NCBI GenBank assembly: GCA_024704765.1
Contig: JAKMXF010000111.1
Span: 1,256,619 to 1,320,618 of the forward strand
DNA from: Oopsacas minuta
Taxonomy: Eukaryota > Animalia > Porifera
Length of the DNA: 64,000 bases
Direction of reading: 5' to 3'
Made by a program: the position numbers and the translations under genes. Shown in pieces: positions 1-12,300 of this stretch (positions are counted from its first letter, which is position 1; each line of letters opens with the position of its first letter). The notes below the pieces were generated by a model. That model saw only the letters and a program-made list of their open reading frames with translations, did no database searches and was not told the DNA's origin.

Positions 1-56
1 TTCAGAATCCGTTAATTCAGGTTGATATCGCTCAATTTGATAATCCATAGCATAAA

Positions 57-854
57 TAAGGCAATGATAGTCCATTGAAATTTAGGACCAGGGACAGCGA
101 TATATAGCGATGAATTTGCATAGGGCATCCTATTATTGTCTCTAGTATCAAAATGGTACACTTTTACCCGACTAAATGTATTAGTGATATTTAACTACAC
201 ACAATCAATATCTGCAAAAATTTCAGGACTAAATGACGTCACCAGATTTATCACTCGACAATTATATTACTAAAATGCCCCATTTTGAAGCTCTGTAAAG
301 TGTGTATTAATGTATCTAAGAATCCAAAATTTTTACGATGGGATTCCAGGCTGTTTGCATACAAAATATCAAAAATTAGTTATTAATGATTGCGGAAAAT
401 TCTTTGGAGATATCATATCAAATGTACTATTAGGGTATGGGAAGTTGGGTATATACTATTTGTATGTCAGATATTTGGCCATAACGTTGAAAGTTGTCAA
501 GTTATTGGCGAATATAGGCAAAATGTGTCATCCTGGTCACTACTATAACTCTGAAACGTGCTAACTTTATCATGACAAATTTTAGATATTTTCTATGAAA
601 ACAGCCTTGAATCCCATGGGAAGAATCGTAGATGCAATAATACACACTTCACAGAGCTTCCAAATAGCATTTTAAGTAATAAAATTGTCGAGCGAGCTAT
701 CTGGTCATTTCTATGTGTAGTTAAATATCGCTAATACATTTAGTCGGGTAAAGGTGTACCATGATACTATAGAAATAATAGGATTCCCTATGTAAATTCA
801 TTGCTATATATCGCTGTCCCTGGTCCTAAATTTCAATGGATTATCATTGCCTTA
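57..854. mobile_element. MITE-like element with ~145-bp terminal inverted repeats
   Basis: Left arm 57..201 (taaggcaatgatagtccattgaaatttaggaccagggacagcgatatatagc...) is the reverse complement, with few mismatches, of right arm 714..854 (...gctatatatcgctgtccctggtcctaaatttcaatggattatcattgcctta). TA (or TAA/TTA) at the ends; no transposase inside. Confidence 0.8.
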
Positions 855-1774
855 GTGTATAGAATGCTATGGATAATGATTCATGAGTAGCTAATAGCTG
901 CCTTGCTGATACGAACTGATAATATTCAGTTGAACCAAGTTCTAGTAAGTCTATATCATCAGAACGCAACTAATCTATGTATATATTTATGTTTGTATGT
1001 CCAGGATTGATTGAAGAAACTGGAAGACACCCAGGGCTGATTTATGGCATACAGGGGTATTTGGGGCCTGGCTCGGACATGTTCGAGTCTTGGACGTAAA
1101 TTCATACCTATGACGAAATTATGACGTTATTGTCACCTTTTGGAATTTCGAAAAATCACATTATTAACCACTGCTCAGCCAATATATATGTTAGAAGTTT
1201 GAAATTTGAATCACAGGTACCCCTTAATGTGAAAAATGTCCTGACGTCATGATTCTAACTAAAGCTATCTCATCATGGGATTATTACGTCATCATGACTG
1301 TACAAAATAATAAAAATTTCAGATATTCTTAATACCCGAGGCACGAGGTGCGAGATTACTAACCATAAAGGGAAATATCATCTCCAGTGTCATTACAGAA
1401 GGGCATTGAATGTAAATTGGATGGGCCATGGATAACAAAATCTTAAAATTTTAACTATTCTGTGAATTCGAGGCACGTAGTACCGAGTATATTCTGTCGC
1501 TTAGAGACCAATAACACAATAAAATTTACTGTTTAATTAATACTTAAGCTAACCTGGAGCACTAAGCTGTCGTGCAGCGACCTAGCAAGCGAAGCACGCT
1601 AGTAGAAATAAAATTGTAACGTATTCGTATTGTAATGTCGAAAAATTTTAATAGGAAAATATGAACTGAATTGGAGATAATATATAACTAAAAGTGAATA
1701 TATCTATAGCCTACGATAAATCCCAAATAATCACAATTATATGATAAATATGATAACTGATTTACTGCTGCAAG

Positions 1775-3353
1775 TTATGAAGATTGTTTGAGATCTTCAG
1801 GACAATCTGGTTGATTGAAGGGATGTGCTGCTTTGAATGCCTCATTCTTTTCCAGCTCTTCTACTATTCTACATATTGTTGGATAAGGTTCTACCTCTAC
1901 TTTGAACCTAAACGTAGAAATAATTATGGGGTTAATTCATTTGCAGAATTATTAATTGGATATTTCATATTTTGAAAGACAATTTTGACTCGAAATTACT
2001 AGAAATAATCCAAATATTTAATCGGTTTGACAAAAACTACTCAGATAGTTTATGAATTAACTCTCCACATTGATATGAAAAGCAAGAAGTATTGATAACA
2101 AAACGTTACGACCTACCTAGTACTCGGATACAAAGAAAATTGTAGTATGTATATTAAAATTAGTAATATAAGCAAAGTTTGATAATTAAAGTCTACAAAT
2201 ACATCACAATTACAGTACAACCTCGTAAGTACGTACGTCAAGAGATTTCAAAAAGGTACTTATCTGTACTCTGAAGTAAGTACGTCTCGTCCAAAGTATT
2301 TCATTTTGAATTATATTTACCTAATTTCACTATACATTCACAAGTACTAACGAGGTTTACGTACTGTGCTTACCTTGCTGCATTGAAGAACTGAGGTACT
2401 AGACACAGGTCAGCCATGGTTATCTATGTAAAATAGATTAAACAATATATATAATCATTCATACTGTGCAGCGTGCCGAATCTTCTATACTATACTATAC
2501 TATACTACAGTGGTTATACATTTGTTTTTCGTCTTTCATTATTGTTGAAATTTTGTTGAAGCAAGCTGACAAAACAAACATCCTATATGTAACAAATATA
2601 CTACTACACGTGATCACTAAATTTGTTAGATCGCTGTTAGGCCTTCCTAAATATTGATTCGACAGTACATAGGAGCAGTTGCAGGTTTTTCTACGAATGT
2701 TTGGGAGAATTAGGATTGTTCACGGATTAGTAATTATCCCTGTTATCGTATAGTTGATCAGAGCATATTTGATTTGTTGTACTATCCGCTCTTAATGATA
2801 CAACTACAGACAGTACAAATATGCACTGTGATTACTAATATATTCAAAACTCAATTCAACTGACGATTATTATACGTACAGAGATTAAACTTAATTAATG
2901 CAAATAACTAGGGGAATATTATTTAATAATTAACAACTATATGAAGTATGAACTCATATTAGATCATCTAGCAGGACAAACTATTGCTCTGGTGTATGAT
3001 GTTAAATTTTCCGAGGTTAAGCAAATACCTGATACTTTGAAAAGCTTATGATTAATCATAATACTTACTTCGTTTCCAACACAGTATTTGCCAGCAGTTT
3101 CTTTCAATATTGCCTCCAGTGCTAATAAGAAATATTTAAGGTATTAGCAAATTTATGGAAATATAAAACTGTCTTACAAGAATGCACATGGCATTATCAA
3201 GAAATTGAAGAATTCTAGATAATCAATAATTACGTAATTATAAGACTACTCAAAGGTTAATACTTAGTACTTACCATCAAATCCATGTTTAATCCAGTAA
3301 TGTCCCCACTCAGCGCTGCCATCTTTGCCAATCTTATTCAATACACGAAGATT
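1775..3353 (-). other. GSTZ1: GSTZ1 exons 6-9 (3' block)
   Basis: Four short exons 3275..3353, 3069..3121, 2374..2423 and 1775..1907 with canonical splice sites, encoding the GST-zeta C-terminal helical domain. Confidence 0.92.
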
Positions 3354-6300
3354 CTAAATACATAATACACAAGGTCATGTAAAGAATTACTTTCTCATAA
3401 TTACATATGTTCTAGGTAGTTTTGAACATTAGGAATAAATCGCTAATAACGATCTCCAACTTGACAATTGTAATGCTCACCATGTTCATACAATAATTTA
3501 TCTAAGCATAGAATGGATTAGTAGTTTCTTCCAGCTTCCATAAATCGCATGAACTAATAGTTAGTGAAATTAAGTTTAATTGAAATTCAAAAGAGCTACG
3601 AATTACACTGTTTTATACAACCATTATATAATTATTACAAAACAATACAACAATAAATCAATACTTCAATCCAACTTATTCTAACTAATAAAATTACAAA
3701 ACTTTCATAAATGAAGTCATTTCTTGTAGGAGAAATTCCTAATTAACTTCTTCAGTTGGACCTGCATCTAACAAAACGATTCGTCAGAGGTAGCTAACAT
3801 CGATGAGATTTCCTGGAAACTAGGTCTGATCTCTGCATTTATTTGCCAGCACTCTAGCATTACTGAGAATATTCCTTCCGGGCAACCAGTGGGTCGATCC
3901 ATAACATCTGAATTAGCATATGCCTGCAATACATCTTCGTTACTATACCCAGGCCACGGCTTCTCACCTAGAGACCAGATCTCATAAAGCGTCATCCCGA
4001 AAGACCAGACATCCGATTTCTCCGAGTAACGCTGGTAAAAGATAGCTTCAGGTGCTGTCCACTTGAGAGGGATCTTACCTCCCTTTGATGTGTAATAATC
4101 TCCTTCATCTCGGAGCTGTCGAGACAGGCCGAAGTCTGAAATCCGACAAGTGAGGTCTTTAGCTAACAACACATTGCGAGCAGCTAAATCTCGATGAATA
4201 AAGTTTTTGGAAGAGAGATAAGTCATGCCCGAAGCAATCTCTCTTGACAGCTTCAGGTAGAGAGAATACATCTGGGAACGTTGTAGAGTAGATTTGCGGA
4301 GTACCACTACGAATTTTAGAAGTTCTATATGCATTAGCTCAGTAACTATCATGAACGGTTCTGTAAGACTAACAATTCCGAGTAGACGGAGTACATTAGG
4401 GTGTGAGAATTGACCCATAATGGCTGCTTCCTGCAGGAAAGTAAGCTTCAATTCTATGGTGGATGAATCGTGGAGAGTCTTTATAGCCACAAGAAGAGGT
4501 TTGTTTGCCTTAAAGGGGTTGGATTCCATTCCTGATGTGTGCCAGAGACCCTTGTACACAGCCCCAAACTGACCTGATCCTATTTGTTCCTGTCGCTCAA
4601 TAGCACTCACAGCAATTTCGCGATATCTCATATCGGACATTTGATTGAATAGTAGACTCAGGTTCTTAGGAGGTTCCAAGTATATACTCCCCTGCTCGAA
4701 AAATGTATCGGATTTCTGTGATAATTGTCTTGAAGCTGATCCATCTGCACTTTCATACACACTTTCAGACCTCAATTCATATCTTGGCACAACCATTGAA
4801 CTTCCAATATAAGAGCATTGACTCGCTTCTTCATAAGTCTGATACAGGTCATTAACATCATCTGATATACCTAACTCTCCGTATATGTTCTCGTAGGATT
4901 CTGGAGCTGTCTTCATAGCAAATGGCGGTAGTATTTGACCCTGTTCATTAATACTGGAATAAGTAGGATTAGGAAAGTTGAGATTAAAGTCTGTGCTTTC
5001 TACGTGAGGATTTACTTCTGATTTCGGACTCCTATATACCACTTCATTCACGGAACATTCTGATGGAACTAATTGTATATCTTGTGGGTTGACCTCAGCA
5101 TATATTTCATCTTGGGCAGGTCTATTTCCTTTGGATTTATGAGTTCGAGTTAGGAGCAGAAAGAACAGGACAACTACCAGAATTACTATTACAATAATAA
5201 TCACAATCACGACAATAGGAACTGCGTATACTATTGGAAAGGTTATAGCTTCCACAACAGGCCCTGTAGAAACATCAGTAAGAATTGTTTTTGACGTTGA
5301 TTCTAATTGTATGTCCCGACAGGTATTTCCAATGGATCCAGATTTGCATTCACAAATACCATTATTACAAGATTGATTAGGTTTACATTTAGGTTCACAT
5401 TGAAGAAACTGACAATTCGGATAAAGAGGATCACATTCACAAACTCCTTCATTGCATATTTGTGTTTCTCTACATTTAGGAGAACAAGCTTTGGTCTCAC
5501 AACTATCACCGTAATACATGTGAGTGCATTCACAGGTACCATTTGAGAGACAATTACCATCATTCTGACAATCTGGTTGACAAGATAAATTCTGACAACT
5601 ATCACCATAATAAAGACCAGGGCATTCACAGGTACCATTTGATGTACAATTACCATCATTCTGACAATCTGGTTGACAAGATAAATTCTCACAACTATCG
5701 CCATAATAAAGACCAGTGCATTCACAGGTACCATTTGATGTACAATTACCATCATTCTGACAATCTGGTTGACAAGATAAATTCTGACAACTATCACCAT
5801 AATAAAGACCAGTGCATTCACAGGTACCATTTGATGTACAATTACCATCATTCTGACAATCTGGTTGACAAGATAAATTCTGACAACTATCACCATAATA
5901 AAGACCAGGGCATTCACAGGTACCATTTGATGTACAATTACCATCATTCTGACAATCTGGTTGACAAGATAAATTCTGACAACTATCACCATAATAAAGA
6001 CCAGGGCATTCACAGGTACCATTTGAGAGACAATTACCATCATTCTGACAATCTGGTTGACAAGATAAATTCTGACAACTATCACCATAATAAAGACCAG
6101 TGCATTCACAGGTACCATTTGATGTACAATTACCATCATTCTGACAATCTGGTTGACAAGATAAATTCTGACAACTATCACCATAATAAAGACCAGTGCA
6201 TTCACAGGTACCATTTGATGTACAATTACCATCATTCTGACAATCTGGGTGACAAGATAAATTCTCACAACTATCGCCATAATAAAGACCAGGGCATTCA

Positions 6301-9300
6301 CAGGTACCATTTGATGTACAATTACCATCATTCTGACAATCTGGTTGACAAGATAAATTCTGACAACTATCACCATAATAAAGACCAGGGCATTCACAGG
6401 TACCATTTGATGTACAATTACCATCATTCTGACAATCTGGGTGACAAGATAAATTCTCACAACTATCGCCATAATAAAGACCAGTGCATTCACAGGTACC
6501 ATTTGATGTACAATTACCATCATTCTGACAATCTGGTTGACAAGATAAATTCTGACAACTATCACCATAATAAAGACCAGTGCATTCACAGGTACCATTT
6601 GATGTACAATTACCATCATTCTGACAATCTGGTTGGCAAGATAAATTCTGACAACTATCACCATAATAAAGACCAGGGCACTCACAGGTACCATTTGAGA
6701 GACAATTACCACCGTTCTGACATCCTAATGGACATAATATATCTTCACAAGTATCTCCACTGTACCCACTAGGACAGTAACACATACCAGCGTGACAACT
6801 ACCGCCATTCTCACAATTATTAATACACTCACATTTTTTATTGTTGACACAGACGCCGGTAGCTGGACATGGGTTCTCATCATTACAATTTTGACATGTG
6901 ACTTTGAGCAATTCAAAGCAATCATCTACCACTGAAAACGTACATTCGGATAAATGTAATTCTGTCCCAATGCAATCAACCTTGACTCCACTTGTCGCTT
7001 CACCCTGTTCCCAACTTTCTTTAGCACTTGGTCTATCCCTACTTAGACAAAATACTGACGATTCATTCAAACTCCAACCCGAAAAACAAACGTCGGAATA
7101 TGTATCCCCATTCTCACAAATTTGTAGACGCTTGCCAGCTCTCTTGGTTTGTCCATAATTACATGAACTCGAAGTTTGCAATACGACAGTACCAGCAATT
7201 AACAGAAAAGCAAAAACTAACATATTAATATAATAGTATTTGTATATTCTATATGTATTTATATAAATTGGCCCTAGATAGTTGACTGTAATAGAATACT
7301 CTCTCTCATCCAATAATAGTGTTACTAAAAATAATTACTTTAATACTAGATTTGAGCATAATAAATGTCAAATATAATTATATATATATTAGCCTTCGGC
7401 TCGCAAACAAAAATTCACATACGTACATATGAGCAATTTGTGAAATTCAGATTCAGCATACTTGGTATATATATATATATATATATACCCTTGTGTAGTC
7501 ACTGACAGCAAGTTTCTATGTATAATTTAGATTTCGTTAGTTGTTTACATTCATAAAACAACAAATAAATATAATCATCTACAGTAGAACGCGGATAACT
7601 GGATAACTCTCAGTTTATACGTATAGTCGAGGAGAACATAGCCAAAATAATGCGTACTAATACGATTTTTGCTGAAAGTGATAAATAGGAGTATGTCAAT
7701 GCAGAATCCAGCGGGTGACACCTTGGAAGTCTCCTGATTCTGCACTTATACACTTTCAGCAAAAACTACTACTGTAATAATTCTTCTTCCAAACAAAATC
7801 TCAAATCACCGCCTGTGCCCACGTAATTTCCAGCATTTCAAGATTTTTATATTATTTGTTTACTTTATATTCATAAAATCAACAATAAATTTACATATGA
7901 GAAATTTAAGGATGCCAAATTCGGATTCAGCGTACTTAATTAGGGGCCGTTCAATGTTACGCAACTCAAAATTCTCTACATTCTGACCCCTTCCCCTCCC
8001 TATGTCATGCCTTTTGACAGTTTTTGTAATACAAAAAGAATGAGACTGTTACGCCTTGTATACCACCCCCTCTCCTTGGAGCGTTACGTAACGTTTGAAC
8101 GACACCTTACCCTTATACGTCTGTTGAGTCCGTGATAACATGTTGAAACCTAATCTCGAGCATGCTATTGAATTGTATATAGAAATGTATGAAAATATGA
8201 TTAACTACCTAAAAGGTGAAAACTATACACATTAGAATCTCTTCACATGTTAGGTACACATCTAGACGTCACAACGAGTATAAATGCCAAATTTGGTGTC
8301 TTAATCTCTAAAGGTGTGAACAGGAGAGTGAACACACATATACACACCAGTATATACATATATATATATATATGCCAAGTCAAACATTTTAGTACTGAGC
8401 CACTATGTGATATATTATATCTCAGAATTACGAAATTTTGACGAATTATATAACAGCATACTACACTTCCTTGACAACCGAGAAAGAGACAATAATTGAG
8501 ATTTAATGTAATATACGAACCCGGGGTATACAAGATTCATGAACGGACGCTGGTGGTGTTGATTTTAGACGATGAACGTGAATGAACTAAACGTGCGTCA
8601 ATTTGAGACGGATTGAATTGCATTAATTCAGTCTGTTCGTGAACCTTTCATTCCCTGAAAAGTACTAGATTCATAATCCGATATATTAAACTTTGCTAAT
8701 ACGCAAGCTTGATATTAGAGGAATTATTTCCAATACAAAATAGACTACAAAATAGAGTCTCTGAAAACTTGCTATTAGTCGAATATTGGTAATAGACGAA
8801 TTGCTAATAGGCGAACACCACTATTAATAATACATAATATAATATCTAAAACATTGGCTATTAATTCATTTAGAACTTCACCAAAATTGTACCTACTCTG
8901 CAAGTATTAGGCAAATTAGATATTCAATTAAGCATTATACTTGAGAGGGAACAGAATTTGTATTGATTTGTATATAATATTTTTTATATTTTCCAAGCTG
9001 ATCAGTGTAATTAGCGCTAGGTTAATTCCTCAATCTTTATGTTATCAAAGTATCTGACAGCATATGGAGTTATTGATGTAGGTTGGGTATTATGATCTTT
9101 GGTATCATGATGAAATCGTGAACGCATAAAATCCCATGGAATAGCATAAGAATAGACTATTGAGCGAGTTCTTTTTGGCGTTTTTGTTTCTACATCAGAT
9201 GACTCTTTGTTAGGAAAGTTTGAATTACTATATATTCTCTGTACTCTATGCGATTGGTTACACTTCACTTTCTTAATTGCTATACAGAATAAAGTACACA

Positions 9301-12300
9301 AACACACGCACAGTACGCCACAACCACAACCAACCATAAAAGTTGTAGATATTATCACACATAAGATTAACCAATTATCTGGTATTGATGTAATGGAATT
9401 AGGGATCAAACAATCTGAATTAAACAAATTATTACCAAAGCTATCATCAGAAGAATGATCAAAGCATACACAGGTACAATTTGTTAGACAACTACCATTG
9501 TTCTGACATTCTTTAAGACATAAGATTCTCTCACAACTATCACCATAATAAAGACCAGGGCATTCACAGGTACCATTTGAGAGACAATTACCATCATTCT
9601 GACAATCTGGTTGACAAGATAAATTCTGACAACTATCACCATAATAAAGACCAGTGCATTCACAGGTACCATTTGATGTACAATTACCATCATTCTGACA
9701 ATCTGGTTGACAAGATAAATTCTGACAACTATCACCATAATAAAGACCAGGGCACTCACAGGTACCATTTGAGAGACAATTACCACCGTTCTGACATCCT
9801 AATGGACATAATATATCTTCACAAGTATCTCCACTGTACCCACTAGGACAGTAACACATACCAGCGTGACAACTACCGCCATTCTCACAATTATTAATAC
9901 ACTCACATGTTGTATCGTCGACACAGACGCCGGTAGCTGGACATGGGTTCTCATCATCACACATTTGACATGTGACTCTGAGCAATTCGAAGCACTCATC
10001 TACCACTGAATACCTACATTCGGATAAATGTAATTCTGTCCCAATGCAATCAACCTTGACTCCACTTGTCCTTCCACCCTCTTCCCAACTTTCTTCAGCA
10101 CCTGGTCTATCACCACTTAGACAAAATACTGACGATTCATTCAAACTCCAACCCGAAAAACAAACGTCGGAATATGTATCCCCATTCTCACAAATTTGTA
10201 GACGCCCATACCTACTCTTGGTTTCTCCAAAATTACATGAACTCGAAGTTTGCAATACGACAGTACCAGCAATTAACAGAAGAGCAAAAACTAACATATT
10301 AATATAATATAGTTACAATAATTTTCCTTACTCCTTACTTATATATTTTCAGTATTATGATGTAATATTCTTTCAATTCATAGTTCCTAGGCCATACATG
10401 GATGCGTCCCAAAGCACATTTAACCGAGCACATATTAAATACAATATACAAGTAACTCATAATTTGAGAATAACATAAGTAAGCATATGTAAGACGAATT
10501 GAGAATAACATACGAAAACATCTTGTAAGCAAAATGTAATCCACTCTAATAATGCATCCAGTACAAATCTGCAACCAATATACATTTATGGCATAACTAC
10601 CGTGAGATTGCACGGGGAGACACATTTTAATTGTTCATCATTTTAAGGAGCGAATAGTCAGTGCCTACTACACACAGTCAACTCCCGTAATATAGAAACC
10701 CCAAGGGACCGTGATAATTACAGTCAGGGCCGCCTATTATCAACCCACAAGGGACCAAAAATCTTGTTCATAGAATTAATACATATAGAGACTTCATATT
10801 AAGGGAATTTAATTTAATACAAATCCTATGTGAATGATTTCTGGCTTGGTTCATAATAAGAGAATGTTCATAATGAGCACCTTTACTGTACTTCGATATA
10901 AATAGGATTCGATATAGCCGATGAAACTCTTAGGGATTATGTATATATGTATAATTTCTATATATCCGTGTTCGTTAATACGAAAGTTGACTGTGCTATC
11001 ATAAAAGTTAATTAGATACTTAAAGAATCCATAATAACGTAATTCACATAAATATCTTACTTATCAATAATCTTGATTTGTTTGCAAGCTCTTATATAGA
11101 TTAACACTTAGTCTAGGATCGTTCCCAATAATCAAGACAGGATCAGTTTGGGGTACAGGGGGCGGTAACTCTATTTCAATTAGCATACTCAATACTTTAG
11201 AAAAGGTTGGCCTTTCTGATTTTTCACTTCTCCATGTTTCTATCATTGTTTTGTATACATCTCGATTACAGCCTGTAGGTGGAGGTAACTTTGTCCCTAC
11301 TGATAGAGCCCTGACTATTTCCTCATTCGTAGAGTATGGCCATGGTCTCATTCCCAATGACCAGATCTCGTACATTGTCATGCCGAGTGACCACACATCA
11401 CTCTTTTCAGAATACTTTTGATAGAACACAGCTTCTGGAGCGCACCATCTGAACGGGATCTGTCCTCCCTTTGAAGTGTAGTCACCTTCCATACCGAACT
11501 GACGCGTCATTCCAAAGTCTGCAATACGACAAGTTAAGTTTTTAGATACCAAGACATTTCTTGCAGCAAGGTCGCGATGAATAAACTGCATTTCTGCTAG
11601 ATACTTCATACCAGCTGTGATATTGAGACAGAACTGTAGTAAGAGTGAAGGTAACAGCTGACATTTATCAAGTTGGGATTCTTTCAGCTTAAGCAAAAGT
11701 TCCCTCAGCTCAGATTTGAGTAGCTCTGTAATCATCATGTAAGGAGAACTACTAACTACACCAATTAACCTCAATACATTAGGATGTTTGAATTGGTTTA
11801 ATATCATTGCTTCCTTTATAAACGCATTTTCTGCTTCATTATTTGTATAATCTTTTAATTTCTTAACAGCTACGTCAATAGTACCATCAGGTGAACTATA
11901 TTGTGCACTGTAAACGATTCCAAACTGCCCTTGTGCTATTAACTGTCCAATTTTTAATTTGTCTTTATTTACTTCGATATTAGGATCATGACGTAGAGAT
12001 TTGATATACCGTGGAGGCTCAACGTATATCTTCCCAGAAGATGTGAGATGGTGATTCTTACTCACTCCTCGCTTAGAAATAGACGCATAATATTCTGTAT
12101 CAACATAACCGTCAAGGATGGAGGTATAAAAGTCTTCTTCCTTATGACAATCAAGTAGATTCGATTTACTTTTGGTAGTTGTAGGAGATTTTGGTTGGAT
12201 TGGTGATTCATATTTCCTTGAAGAATTTGCGTATGCTGTTAATGATGAATTAGAGGGTGGGACAGGAGGTATGGCCATCTGTGGTATAGGGTCAATAGAG

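Noticed and set aside
310-2657. Short ORFs 310..564, 1784..1975 and 2466..2657
   Set aside because: Inside a MITE, antisense to GSTZ1 exon 9, or intronic; no recognisable protein features.
5493-6740. Regular direct repeats resembling a CRISPR array
   Set aside because: No unique spacers; 96-bp in-frame units of a eukaryotic EGF-coding region.
5303-6772. Long alternative-frame ORFs (5303..6712 -, 5543..6772 +; also 9484..9786, 9577..9846)
   Set aside because: A stop-free 96-bp unit gives open frames automatically; the products are low-complexity and end at the array borders.
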